Shown: positions 39,521 through 48,400 of the stretch, piece after piece
How the letters are laid out: the number at the start of each line of letters is the position of its first letter
Position numbering within the stretch: the first letter of the stretch is position 1
From: Flavobacteriales bacterium
Lineage (GTDB): Bacteria; Bacteroidota; Bacteroidia; Flavobacteriales_D; Sanyastnellaceae
NCBI GenBank assembly: GCA_046309775.1
Contig: JBKCOM010000187.1
Location: 22,841-86,840, forward strand
Reading direction: 5' to 3'
Length of the DNA: 64,000 nucleotides
Made by a program: the position numbers and the translations under genes
Notes under the pieces: model-generated
The model's database searches: none
The model's input: only the letters and a program-made list of their open reading frames with translations
What the model was told of the DNA's origin: nothing

Positions 39521-40420
39521 TTATTTCATCATTTGGTCATACTTAATGATGTTTCCAGGATCGAGTTTTTTCAACATATCATAGACTGCTTGCTTTTCGG
39601 CAACCGGCAATGGCTTGAAAATATTGATGATCTCGTCTGATTTTGCATAGAAAAAAACCTGCATATTGTAAGAGCTAGGTTTGAGCTTGTGAATTTCGTT
39701 GAGTGCTAAGATTGCATCCGACATCACTTTACGAGCCGCGGTGAGCTCCGTAAACATTTTGTCCATTCCTTTTCGATGATAGTTGTAAAGACAGTCACGC
39801 AATGGTTTGAAGGTTTGCGTAACAATATTCTCAATAAGCCAATAGCGATTTTGCTGTCCCTTCTCATTGGCTCTCCAACCGGGCTCTGCAGCGTTTTGGG
39901 CGTTACCTACAATAGTCTGACAAATCAAGTAATGCTCTGTTCCTCCTTCTGGGGAAAACGAATCATAATCCGATGCAAGAATGAGATTCGCATAAAAAGC
40001 CAAAACACTACTCAAGTTATCGCGGTGCTGGTCTACACTCCACACAATCTGAGTGTTTTCATTGAATGTGAATTCGAAGTCGCGGTCGTTGATACTTACA
40101 ACGGGTGTTTTATAATCAGAATTGTAAACCGGGCGGCTGCTTCCTATTTGAATGCTACCCTTGAACTGACGTTGGCTTGGTTGCGATTCAACGGTGATTT
40201 GCATGTTGCAATCGATGCGCTCGCTTTGTTGCCAATCGTCTTTGGTCCACCTTCTATTATTAATGAATTCCTCCATCGCAAGCTCCATCGTTTGGAAGAT
40301 CTGTGGATCCGCCATGATTACTTGCGGTTGGATGATGGTCACATTGCAATTCAATTCTTGTCCCAACGCAATAAAGGCGTTGAAAACCAAAAGTGCAATT
40401 ATCAAAAAATTTCTTCTCAT
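39521..40420 (-). CDS. Secreted conserved protein (DUF4835-like; annotated in some genomes as T9SS-associated PorD, from memory)
   Basis: 299-aa ORF with a signal peptide (FLIIALLVFNAFIALGQ). It is wedged between coaBC (4-nt overlap) and recN (1-nt gap). The family name is from memory, not verified. Confidence 0.55.
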   Translation of the reverse strand: MRRNFLIIALLVFNAFIALGQELNCNVTIIQPQVIMADPQIFQTMELAMEEFINNRRWTKDDWQQSERIDCNMQITVESQPSQRQFKGSIQIGSSRPVYNSDYKTPVVSINDRDFEFTFNENTQIVWSVDQHRDNLSSVLAFYANLILASDYDSFSPEGGTEHYLICQTIVGNAQNAAEPGWRANEKGQQNRYWLIENIVTQTFKPLRDCLYNYHRKGMDKMFTELTAARKVMSDAILALNEIHKLKPSSYNMQVFFYAKSDEIINIFKPLPVAEKQAVYDMLKKLDPGNIIKYDQMMK

Positions 40421-41622
40421 AGATTCAAAAGTTCAACCAACTCGGCCACTATATCTCGTGCCACTTCGGACTTGCGCTTTAACCCAAAATCCTTTCGTTT
40501 ATTGTCAGGCCAAAATAAGGAGATTTTATTTGTATCACCACCAAATCCCGCACCTTCATTTTTCAAAGAATTCAACACAATCATATCAAAGTTTTTTCGC
40601 TTCATTTTCGATTGTGCATTCACTTCTTCATTATCCGTTTCAAGTGCAAAACCGATGAGGATTTGGCCTTCTTTTTTTATTGCACCCAAACTTTTGGCAA
40701 TATCAGGAGTGGGTTCAAGGCGTATGTTTAGACTATGCTCAGATTTCTTAATTTTTTCTGTGGCTATACTCATCGGGCGATAGTCTGCCACGGCGGCAGA
40801 TAGAATGGCGGCATCGCTACTCTCAAAATGTTCTGCACACGACTCATACATTTCCTCCGCTGATTCTACTCGAATCACCTGTACCGATTGATGTTGCAGC
40901 GAGAGATGAGTGGGGCCCGTAACCAATACAACTGACGCACCTTGTTCGGCGAGAATTTTTACAATTTCAAACCCCATTTTTCCGCTAGAACGATTGCCGA
41001 TGAATCGAACAGGATCAATGGCTTCATAAGTTGGGCCGGCGGTAACGAGAATTTTTTTCCCCTTCAGTGGGAGATCGGGTCTGAAGTATTTGACAACGGC
41101 TTCGAACATTTCTTCTGGCTCTGCCATTCGTCCTTGTCCTACAAGACCGCTGGCGAGCTCTCCGCTGCGCGGTTCGAGGATGATATGCCCGTTCTTCGCT
41201 AGTTTCTCAATATTTTCTTGTGTTCCTGCATGCAAAAACATGTCGTGATCCATTGCAGGCGCTACCATAACTGGACACCTTGTGCTCATGTACGTGGTGA
41301 TGAGGAAATTATCACTTTGTCCATTCGCCATTTTAGCCAAAGTATTTGCTGAGGCTGGAGCGAGGATCATCAAATCTGCCCACAATGCGAGACTCACGTG
41401 ATTGGTCCATTCACCCGATTCTTTATTTTCTGTAAAATCCGAGAAAACTGGATTTTTAGAAAGTGTTGAGAGGGTGAGGGGAGTGACAAAATCCAAGGCA
41501 CTCTTGGTGAGGACTACCTTGACTTCAGCTCCTGCTTGTATAAGCAATCTTACAAGCCAAGCTGACTTATAGGCCGCGATGCTTCCGCTGATGCCAACAA
41601 TTATCTTTTTTCCTTCGAGCAT
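40417..41622 (-). CDS. coaBC: Bifunctional phosphopantothenoylcysteine decarboxylase / phosphopantothenate--cysteine ligase
   Basis: 401-aa ORF with a flavoprotein N-domain (GISGSIAAYK, PAMDHDM) and a CoaB C-domain (NRSSGKMG). Confidence 0.95.
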   Translation of the reverse strand: MLEGKKIIVGISGSIAAYKSAWLVRLLIQAGAEVKVVLTKSALDFVTPLTLSTLSKNPVFSDFTENKESGEWTNHVSLALWADLMILAPASANTLAKMANGQSDNFLITTYMSTRCPVMVAPAMDHDMFLHAGTQENIEKLAKNGHIILEPRSGELASGLVGQGRMAEPEEMFEAVVKYFRPDLPLKGKKILVTAGPTYEAIDPVRFIGNRSSGKMGFEIVKILAEQGASVVLVTGPTHLSLQHQSVQVIRVESAEEMYESCAEHFESSDAAILSAAVADYRPMSIATEKIKKSEHSLNIRLEPTPDIAKSLGAIKKEGQILIGFALETDNEEVNAQSKMKRKNFDMIVLNSLKNEGAGFGGDTNKISLFWPDNKRKDFGLKRKSEVARDIVAELVELLNL

Positions 41623-41639
41623 GAGGGTTATTAAATGAC

Positions 41640-41663
41640 AAAAGATGGCCTAGGCCATCTTTT
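41640..41663 (-). terminator. Palindromic hairpin flanked by A4/T4 between rpoZ and coaBC
   Basis: AAAAGATGGCCTAGGCCATCTTTT is a perfect palindrome 20 nt downstream of the rpoZ stop on the minus strand. Confidence 0.55.
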
Positions 41664-41683
41664 GAATGTGGATTTTTAAATGA

Positions 41684-42031
41684 TTAACGAGCTTGCTCTT
41701 CATCAGGATAGCGGTAGAATACTTTACCTTCAATCAACTCTTGTATCGCTATCGAATGAGGTTTTGGTAAACGCTCATAGTGACGAGAAATCTCTATTTG
41801 CTCGCGATTTTCGAATACCTCCTCAAGGTTGTCTTGTGATGTTCCGAACTCTTCCAACTTCTGGTTGAGTTCTTCTTTCATCTCTTTAGAAATCTGATTG
41901 GATCTCTTCGAAATGAGAACAATGGTTTCGAATAAATTACCATTCACTTTATCATACAATTCATTTGTATTTCTAGTGACCGTGGTCTTCGCTGCGTTTG
42001 AATTTTTATAATTGCTCATTGTGCTGATCAA
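41684..42031 (-). CDS. rpoZ: DNA-directed RNA polymerase subunit omega (long Bacteroidota form)
   Basis: 115-aa ORF with NLFETIVLISKRSNQISKE matching the omega core helix. It overlaps the bamD stop by 4 nt; the bamD-rpoZ linkage is as I recall it in Bacteroidota (from memory). Confidence 0.7.
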   Translation of the reverse strand: MISTMSNYKNSNAAKTTVTRNTNELYDKVNGNLFETIVLISKRSNQISKEMKEELNQKLEEFGTSQDNLEEVFENREQIEISRHYERLPKPHSIAIQELIEGKVFYRYPDEEQAR

Positions 42032-42840
42032 TTCAAGGCCGATAATTTATCAATCTGTTTTCTGCTCTTCTCGTAAAATACTTCGGCCTCTTTAAGTAAT
42101 TTACTTTGGGGAAAAGCGGTTGCAAAGGTAATATAAGATTCGGTTGCTAAACGATATCTTTCAAGTTTCTTCTCTTCGATGCTCCCTTCCGCATATAAAT
42201 AATAGCTTTCCACGATTAATGAATATGCGTTTTCTTTATAAAGGCTTGATGGGTAATTAGTTATGAATGCCTTGAGTGCGTTTACAGCTCCTTTGTAATT
42301 CTGAGTAGTGTAGTACAACTTTGCATTCTCAAAGTCTTTTCTTTCAAGCTTTGCATTCAATTCAGCAATCATTTTGTTTGCCGAATCTCGTAAGGCACTT
42401 GTTGGATAAGTGTCTAAGAACAGCTGAAATTCATCAATAGCTTTTTTTGTATCTGTTTGATCCAGAGTGAATTCTGGAGATAGCCTGTAATTGCAATAGG
42501 CGCTTTGGAAGAAACATTCTTCCGCTCTAGGACTTTTTGAAAATGTCTTAGCGAAGTTTTTTAAATAGTAACTAGCTAAATAATAATCTTTTACGCAATA
42601 ATGAGTCTTGGCGTAGTAATAATATACGTCCTCAGCCATGGCAGTGCCTCTTGTGAGTCCGATGCACTCTTCCAACAAGGGTAGAGCCTTGAAGCACTCA
42701 TCGTTATTATAGTACTTCACAGCAGCGTCGTACTTGACTTTGAAATCAGTACTTTTTAGTGCTTTGTTGTATTCACTGCAACTGGAGGCGGTGATGATGA
42801 CTACAAAAACGGAAAAAGAAAACAGAAAAAATTTATTCAT
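42028..42840 (-). CDS. bamD: Outer membrane protein assembly factor BamD (TPR lipoprotein)
   Basis: Lipoprotein leader MNKFFLFSFSVFVVIITASSC (start set at 42840; in-frame upstream starts exist up to 42888). TPR-like repeats run throughout. Confidence 0.8.
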   Translation of the reverse strand: MNKFFLFSFSVFVVIITASSCSEYNKALKSTDFKVKYDAAVKYYNNDECFKALPLLEECIGLTRGTAMAEDVYYYYAKTHYCVKDYYLASYYLKNFAKTFSKSPRAEECFFQSAYCNYRLSPEFTLDQTDTKKAIDEFQLFLDTYPTSALRDSANKMIAELNAKLERKDFENAKLYYTTQNYKGAVNALKAFITNYPSSLYKENAYSLIVESYYLYAEGSIEEKKLERYRLATESYITFATAFPQSKLLKEAEVFYEKSRKQIDKLSALN

Positions 42841-42954
42841 CAGGGCTGCGAATTTAATCATTTTCTTCCATTGGACGTTCATCAGCACTTTTTACATACA
42901 ACGATTAACTTATTTGTGTTGATTTTTCATAGCTATCAATTCATTACGGCTTCT

Positions 42955-42962
42955 TATCTTTG
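42955..42962 (+). promoter_or_regulatory. Candidate -7 promoter box (TATCTTTG) for the alpha-oxoamine synthase gene
   Basis: Exact TAnnTTTG match 23 nt upstream of the TTG start at 42986. No -33 TTTG lies at canonical spacing. Confidence 0.3.
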
Positions 42963-42985
42963 CCGAAACATTAAATTTCTGAGTC

Positions 42986-44230
42986 TTGGATATTTTTGAA
43001 AGAATCAAAAAGAATCGTGGTCCACTTGGACAGCATTCTAAAGAGTCACATGGTTATTTCACCTTCCCAAAATTGGAAGGAGAAATCGGCGCACATATGA
43101 CCTTCCGCGGCAAACCAGTGCTGGTGTGGAGTCTCAATAATTACATTGGTCTTGCCAACAATCCTGAAATACGTGAAGTAGACGCGAAGGCCGCTGAAGA
43201 ATGGGGCATGGCATACCCGATGGGTGCGCGCATGATGAGCGGTCAAACAAAATATCACGAACAACTCGAGTCTGAGCTTGCCGCTTTCATGGGGAAAGAG
43301 GATGCGTTCTTGCTCAACTTCGGATATCAAGGTTGCCAATCAGCAATTGAGGCACTAGTAGGTCGCAACGACGTGATCGTATATGATAGCGAATGTCACG
43401 CGTGTATGATCGACGGTATCCGCCTTCACCAGGGCAAGCGCTTCGTTTTCCAGCACAACGATATGGAAAGTTTCGAAAAGCAACTCAAGCATGCCAAGCG
43501 TCTCAGTGAACAAACTGGTGGCGGCATTCTCGTGCTTACTGAAGGCGTGTTTGGAATGGCCGGTGATATGGGTAAACTCGCAGAAATTTGTAAATTCAAA
43601 GACGAGTATAATTTCCGTCTTTTTGTAGACGATGCTCACGGATTTGGTACCATCGGTCGTGACGGTCGCGGTGCCCCAGATCATCAGGGCGTTGCTGATA
43701 AAGTAGATGTTTACTTTGGAACATTTGCCAAAGCAATGGCTACTATCGGTGCTTTCGTGGCGAGTGAAGAACACGTGATCGAATATCTGCGCTACAACAT
43801 GCGTTCTCAAACTTTCGCAAAATCGCTTCCAATGCCGATTGTAATTGGTGCGTTGAAGCGTTTGGAAATGATGAGAACAAAGCCAGAGCTTCAACAACAA
43901 TTGTGGCACGTAGCACGCACTCTTCAGAAAGGTCTCACAGAAGCAGGTTTTGATATCGGAAAGACAGATTCTGTTGTTACTCCAGTATTCTTAAAGGGTT
44001 CGTTGGGTGAGGCGACTAATGTCACACTTGACTTGCGCGAAACTTATGGTGTATTCTGTTCCATTGTAGTGTACCCCGTTGTTCCGAAGGATGTAATCAT
44101 GCTTCGCTTAATTCCAACAGTGGTTCACACAATCAAGGATGTGGAATATACCATTGATTGCTTCAAGAAAGTGCGCGAAAAACTCGAGGCTGGTGCTTAC
44201 AAAGCAGAGAAAATCGCTAGCTGGGCATAA
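42986..44230 (+). CDS. PLP-dependent alpha-oxoamine synthase family enzyme (KBL / AONS / serine-palmitoyltransferase-like)
   Basis: 414-aa ORF with a TTG start. It has WSLNNYIGLANNPE, DDAHGFG and the PLP-lysine motif GTFAKAMA. Substrate specificity cannot be read from the sequence. Confidence 0.85.
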   Translation: MDIFERIKKNRGPLGQHSKESHGYFTFPKLEGEIGAHMTFRGKPVLVWSLNNYIGLANNPEIREVDAKAAEEWGMAYPMGARMMSGQTKYHEQLESELAAFMGKEDAFLLNFGYQGCQSAIEALVGRNDVIVYDSECHACMIDGIRLHQGKRFVFQHNDMESFEKQLKHAKRLSEQTGGGILVLTEGVFGMAGDMGKLAEICKFKDEYNFRLFVDDAHGFGTIGRDGRGAPDHQGVADKVDVYFGTFAKAMATIGAFVASEEHVIEYLRYNMRSQTFAKSLPMPIVIGALKRLEMMRTKPELQQQLWHVARTLQKGLTEAGFDIGKTDSVVTPVFLKGSLGEATNVTLDLRETYGVFCSIVVYPVVPKDVIMLRLIPTVVHTIKDVEYTIDCFKKVREKLEAGAYKAEKIASWA

Positions 44231-44252
44231 TTTTAGAAAACATACTTATCAC

Positions 44253-44282
44253 AAAAACTTCTCTTCGGAGAAGTTTTTTTTT
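44253..44282 (+). terminator. Rho-independent terminator after the alpha-oxoamine synthase gene
   Basis: ACTTCTC / GAGAAGT stem with a TTCG tetraloop and a T9 tail. Confidence 0.85.
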
Positions 44283-44376
44283 GCGCGAATTATGTTCAAA
44301 AGTTAACCAATGAAATGCAACCTTAGGGGTTTTTTGATGTTTATTGTACAGAAATTCAAACCATTAAATCATTTCT

Positions 44377-45222
44377 ATGAAAAAAATCTACTCTCTACTC
44401 TTCCTAGTTATTCCCGTTTGGGTATTGATGACGTCTTCAGACGATAATGACTCAGGAAAAGCCGGAAACACAGGTTCTCCCGGAGAACAAACATGCAGCA
44501 CCGCAGGCTGTCACAGCACATTTCCTAGCAATACACAAGGTGGTAGTATTACCATTTCTGCTCCCGGAATGACGGATTGGCAATACGTTCCTGGTCAAAC
44601 TTACACCATTAGTGTTACTGTGGCTGAACAAGGTCGTGGACTATTCGGTCTCGGATTCGAAGCTTTGACTTCTTCTAATGACAACGCTGGAACGCTTACA
44701 CCAGGCGCAGGTACGCACATTCTTACCCGTCTGGTTCAAGGTGTGAATCGTATCAACATTACACATCTTGAAGACGCAGGATTGACACCTGACGCTCACA
44801 CGTTCACCTTTACTTGGACTGCTCCTTCTACAGATATTGGGCCTATCACATTTTATACTGCGGGTAATGCTGCAAATAATAACAACACGGCTTCTGGTGA
44901 CCACATTTATAACACTTCTCAGGTTATCACACCAGCCACCACGATTGGCCTCAATGAGTTGTCAAATCGCGTTGATATCAATGTGTACCCAAATCCAGTG
45001 GTAGATCAACTACGTGTAGATTACAGCACGAAAAAAGAAGGTCGTGTTCAGGTCATCTTGTTTGATACAATGGGACGCAAAGTGATGACTTTGGCTGATC
45101 AGACGCTTCCTGCAGGCGATCACAACATCGCTGCCGACGTTTCTGGTTTGTCAAGAGGCCAGTATATTCTTCATGCGATGATTGACGGGGAAGTGCTCAA
45201 CACTGCTCTCGTTCAGAAATAA
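44377..45222 (+). CDS. Secreted T9SS cargo protein with type A (Por_Secre_tail) C-terminal sorting domain
   Basis: 281-aa ORF with a signal peptide. The C-terminal about 80 aa (INVYPNPVVDQLRVDY...GQYILHAM) are typical of a type A CTD. The N-terminal beta-rich domain begins with GSPGEQTCSTAGCHS. Confidence 0.8.
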   Translation: MKKIYSLLFLVIPVWVLMTSSDDNDSGKAGNTGSPGEQTCSTAGCHSTFPSNTQGGSITISAPGMTDWQYVPGQTYTISVTVAEQGRGLFGLGFEALTSSNDNAGTLTPGAGTHILTRLVQGVNRINITHLEDAGLTPDAHTFTFTWTAPSTDIGPITFYTAGNAANNNNTASGDHIYNTSQVITPATTIGLNELSNRVDINVYPNPVVDQLRVDYSTKKEGRVQVILFDTMGRKVMTLADQTLPAGDHNIAADVSGLSRGQYILHAMIDGEVLNTALVQK

Positions 45223-45236
45223 AATTTTGTTTCTTA

Positions 45237-45279
45237 CAAAGCCTCTTTTCTTGATGGAAAAGAGGCTTTGTCATTTTTT
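45237..45279 (+). terminator. Rho-independent terminator after the T9SS cargo gene
   Basis: 13-bp stem CAAAGCCTCTTTT / AAAAGAGGCTTTG with an 8-nt loop and a downstream T-run. Confidence 0.8.
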
Positions 45280-45317
45280 ATAGGTGAATTCCAATCTTTC
45301 GATGCATTTTTGTACCT

Positions 45318-46109
45318 ATGTATCAACGCTATTTTATGCGAATCGCTTATGACGGTTCGGTGTTCCACGGCTGGCAAAGGCAGCCAAACGCCGAGACAGT
45401 GCAAGAGGTGATTGAAAAGTGGCTCGCAAAAATCCTTCATTTACCAAGAGTTATAACTACCGGTTGCGGACGCACTGACACAGGCGTTCACGCCAAGGAT
45501 TTTTATCTTCATTTTAATCCCGAGGTTGATTCGCTTGACATTCAAGACTTACTTTATAAGCTTGGGCATGTCTTGCCTAAAGAAATAGCTGTCTATGATT
45601 TGTTTCCAGTGCACGATATGGCCCACGCCCGTTACGACGCCACAGAGCGTTCTTACGAATATCACATGCACTACAAGCGCAACCCTTTCATAAAAAGTTT
45701 TTCTACCTATTGCGCCTACCCACTCGATGTCGATAAAATGAATGATGCAGCGCAACTGCTCATCAAGAAGGGAGATTTCGGAGCATTTAGTAGAATGGGA
45801 GGAGGGCAGAAAACGAACATTTGTGATGTGCGAAGTGCTTATTGGGAAGACAATGGTGAGCGGTTGGTATTTCATATTACCGCAGATCGTTTTTTAAGAA
45901 ACATGGTTAGAGCGGTCGTTGGAACACTGATGGATGTGGGGACAGGAAAAATTTCCAAAGAGGAATTTCGACAAATCATTTTAAGTGAAGATAGAAATCA
46001 AGCTGGTGATAGCGCTCGACCAGAAGGCTTACATTTAGCAAAAATAATTTATCCATATATCAACGATGGAGTCTACGACACCTCATTATTGAAGAAAGAA
46101 GAAGCATGA
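45318..46109 (+). CDS. truA: tRNA pseudouridine(38-40) synthase
   Basis: 263-aa ORF with YDGSVFHGWQRQ and the catalytic-Asp motif GCGRTDTGVHA. Confidence 0.9.
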   Translation: MYQRYFMRIAYDGSVFHGWQRQPNAETVQEVIEKWLAKILHLPRVITTGCGRTDTGVHAKDFYLHFNPEVDSLDIQDLLYKLGHVLPKEIAVYDLFPVHDMAHARYDATERSYEYHMHYKRNPFIKSFSTYCAYPLDVDKMNDAAQLLIKKGDFGAFSRMGGGQKTNICDVRSAYWEDNGERLVFHITADRFLRNMVRAVVGTLMDVGTGKISKEEFRQIILSEDRNQAGDSARPEGLHLAKIIYPYINDGVYDTSLLKKEEA

Positions 46110-47860
46110 GTGCCAGCGGAAAAGCATTTGAATGGGGGATTTTTAAACGTCTGTATGGTCGAAGTAAACCATACAGGATGTCGTTTTACATCACGGCTGC
46201 GTTAGTTCTAGTTATCGCGTTTCTCAGTCCGGTTCGCCCCGAACAAATGCGCCATATCATCGATGTAGAGGTGCCAGCGGGCAACTATCGCGGTGTGCTC
46301 AACTACACGCTGTTCTTCATTGGCTTTATTATTTTCGAATCCATACTTCAGTACTATCAAACCATGCTCGCAAACCGCGTGGCGCAGAGTATTACGATGG
46401 ATTTGCGCGCTGAGCTGTACAAGCATGTCGTAAAATTTCGTCTCAGTTATTTCGATCGTACACCAGTGGGACAATTTGTGACACGTCTTATTTCGGATAT
46501 TGACGGTATCGCAGAGGTGTTTTCTGTAGGTCTTCTCGATATTGGTCGCGATATTCTCAAACTAGTGGTAATCGTCGGTTTCATGCTTTACCTAGATTGG
46601 AAAATGACTCTAATCGTAATGCTGCCAATACCTGTATTGATTTATGCGACACGAATTTTCCAACAAGCGGTAAAAAAGTCATTCAATGATGTGCGAAATG
46701 AGGTGGCGCGCATCAATGTCTTTATACAAGAGCATGTGACCGGAATGAACATCGTTCAAATTTTCAATAGAGAAAAGAAGGAACAAGAGAAATTTGACAT
46801 TATCAATAAAGAGCACCGCAATGCGCATATACGTGGAATCTGGGCCTACAGCGTCTTTTTTCCTGTAGTTGAATTATTGTCGGCAGCGTCTGTTTCCTTG
46901 ATGATATGGTGGGGCTTACACAGCTCTCTTGAAGGCATTATGACTCCGGGTATGCTTCTCGAATTTTCAACATTCATTAGCATGATGTACCGACCGATTC
47001 GTCAGATGGCTGATAATTTCAACGTACTGCAAATGGGTGTGGTCAATGCAGAGCGTGTGTTCAAAGTCTTCGATACCAATGAGGCACCTGTAAATGAAGA
47101 AGCACAGCACTACGATATCAAAGGAGATATAAAATTTGATAAGGTTTGGTTTGCCTACAAAGACGAGGATTGGGTGTTGAAGGATATCGAAATTAGCATC
47201 AAAGAAGGTCAGATGGTCGCCTTTGTTGGTGCAACAGGCGCGGGAAAGTCAAGTTTGGCGGGACTTCTCAATCGGTTTTATGATTTCAATAAGGGAAGTA
47301 TTACTATTGATCAACGCCCGCTGCACGATTATTCCATTGAAAGTTTAAGATCCCAGATAGGATTGGTTTTACAAGATGTCTATCTATTCAATGATTCAAT
47401 CTTAAATAATATTCGCTTGCACAATGAGCATATCACAGAGCAGGAGGTTATTGAAGCTTCGAAGGCAATTGGTACACATGATTTTATCAGCGCGTTACCA
47501 GGAGGGTATGGGTTTAAAGTCGGGGAGCGCGGCTCTCAATTGAGTGTAGGGCAGCGCCAATTGATTTCTTTTGTTAGAGCATATGTTCACAAACCCGCAG
47601 TGCTCGTGCTCGATGAGGCTACCTCCAGCGTTGACACGGAATCTGAATTATTAATTCAAAAAGCTACTGAAAAGTTGACCCTTGGTCGTACTAGCATCGT
47701 TATCGCTCACCGTCTGTCTACTATTCGCAAGGCTGAATTAATCGTTGTCTTGGATAAAGGCAAAATTGTAGAAAAAGGAAGTCACGAGGAACTGCTAGAA
47801 CTCAATGGTCAGTATAAGCGCCTATTTGAGTTGCAGTTTCAGAATCAAGAATTCAATTAG
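46106..47860 (+). CDS. ABC transporter, fused permease/ATP-binding protein (MsbA/exporter type)
   Basis: 584-aa ORF with a six-TM N-domain, Walker A GATGAGKSS, signature LSVGQRQ and Walker B VLVLDEATS. It overlaps the truA stop by 4 nt. Confidence 0.9.
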   Translation: MSASGKAFEWGIFKRLYGRSKPYRMSFYITAALVLVIAFLSPVRPEQMRHIIDVEVPAGNYRGVLNYTLFFIGFIIFESILQYYQTMLANRVAQSITMDLRAELYKHVVKFRLSYFDRTPVGQFVTRLISDIDGIAEVFSVGLLDIGRDILKLVVIVGFMLYLDWKMTLIVMLPIPVLIYATRIFQQAVKKSFNDVRNEVARINVFIQEHVTGMNIVQIFNREKKEQEKFDIINKEHRNAHIRGIWAYSVFFPVVELLSAASVSLMIWWGLHSSLEGIMTPGMLLEFSTFISMMYRPIRQMADNFNVLQMGVVNAERVFKVFDTNEAPVNEEAQHYDIKGDIKFDKVWFAYKDEDWVLKDIEISIKEGQMVAFVGATGAGKSSLAGLLNRFYDFNKGSITIDQRPLHDYSIESLRSQIGLVLQDVYLFNDSILNNIRLHNEHITEQEVIEASKAIGTHDFISALPGGYGFKVGERGSQLSVGQRQLISFVRAYVHKPAVLVLDEATSSVDTESELLIQKATEKLTLGRTSIVIAHRLSTIRKAELIVVLDKGKIVEKGSHEELLELNGQYKRLFELQFQNQEFN

Positions 47861-47886
47861 TATTTTAGTCCGCTAAACCCACCATT

Positions 47887-48309
47887 TTGGAAGCATTAGA
47901 AAAGGCAAAAAAGATTGTTGATGCGATGTACAACAACGACCCTATGTCGCAATGGCTTGGCATAGAACGCTTGGAGGACGCGCCAGGCAAGTCTGTATTG
48001 CGTATGACGGTGCGCGAGGAAATGCTCAACGGCTTTTCGATAGCTCATGGTGGAATAGCTTATGCCTTGGCTGACAGTGCTTTGGCATTTGCCGCCAATG
48101 CACACGGCATTCAAAGTGTGTCCATTGAAACTTCTATATCCCACGTTTTTCCTGTAAAAGAAGGAGACATACTCACCACAGAGGTAGTTGAGATGAATCT
48201 TACTAGGAATACTGCCCTCTATTCAGTTACCGTTAAAAATCAAGACGGACGCGCCGTAGCGCATTTTAAGGGCACTGTATTTCGAACAGGCAAAGAGTGG
48301 AATGTTTAG
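47887..48309 (+). CDS. Hotdog-fold thioesterase, PaaI family
   Basis: 140-aa ORF with a TTG start. It has an N-terminal PMSQWLGI and IAHGGIAYALADSA, typical of the PaaI/YbdB group. Confidence 0.8.
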   Translation: MEALEKAKKIVDAMYNNDPMSQWLGIERLEDAPGKSVLRMTVREEMLNGFSIAHGGIAYALADSALAFAANAHGIQSVSIETSISHVFPVKEGDILTTEVVEMNLTRNTALYSVTVKNQDGRAVAHFKGTVFRTGKEWNV

Positions 48310-48327
48310 TCAATAAAATGCCACTCT

Positions 48328-48362
48328 TTTGGGCTTTATACCGCTCTATTTTCCTAAGTTTG
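48328..48362 (+). promoter_or_regulatory. Candidate Bacteroidota sigma-A promoter (TTTG-N23-TAAGTTTG) for the aminotransferase gene
   Basis: TTTG at 48328-48331 and an exact TAnnTTTG at 48355-48362, 38 nt upstream of the ATG. The spacer is slightly longer than canonical. Confidence 0.35.
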
Positions 48363-48400
48363 CCGTGCCTTTTGAAATGAGCGAAAGGCAATAGTGAATA

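Noticed and set aside
39776-40783. A 335-aa plus-strand ORF antisense to the DUF4835-like gene and the 3' part of coaBC. It is by far the longest antisense ORF in the window. A second 154-aa ORF (40194-40658) overlaps it in another frame.
   Set aside because: For its first about 215 codons it is in the codon-aligned antisense frame, where stops arise only opposite TTA, CTA or TCA codons. The translation is low-complexity with no motifs. It crosses a gene junction. The sense-strand genes both have clear family signatures. This is most likely a frame artefact. Ribo-seq or a synonymous-site conservation analysis could reopen it.
43355-43909. Other long antisense ORFs: 43355-43909, 61655-62209, 4616-5098, 54972-55430, 52563-52994, 37370-37792 and 10283-10687.
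   Set aside because: Each lies fully inside a well-supported gene on the opposite strand. None has a recognisable motif, signal or promoter context.
48366-48390. A TGCCTTT...AAAGGCA hairpin between the thioesterase and aminotransferase genes, considered as a terminator.
   Set aside because: It has no U-tail and lies downstream of the predicted aminotransferase -7 box, so it would sit in the 5' leader. The evidence is insufficient for a terminator or attenuator call.
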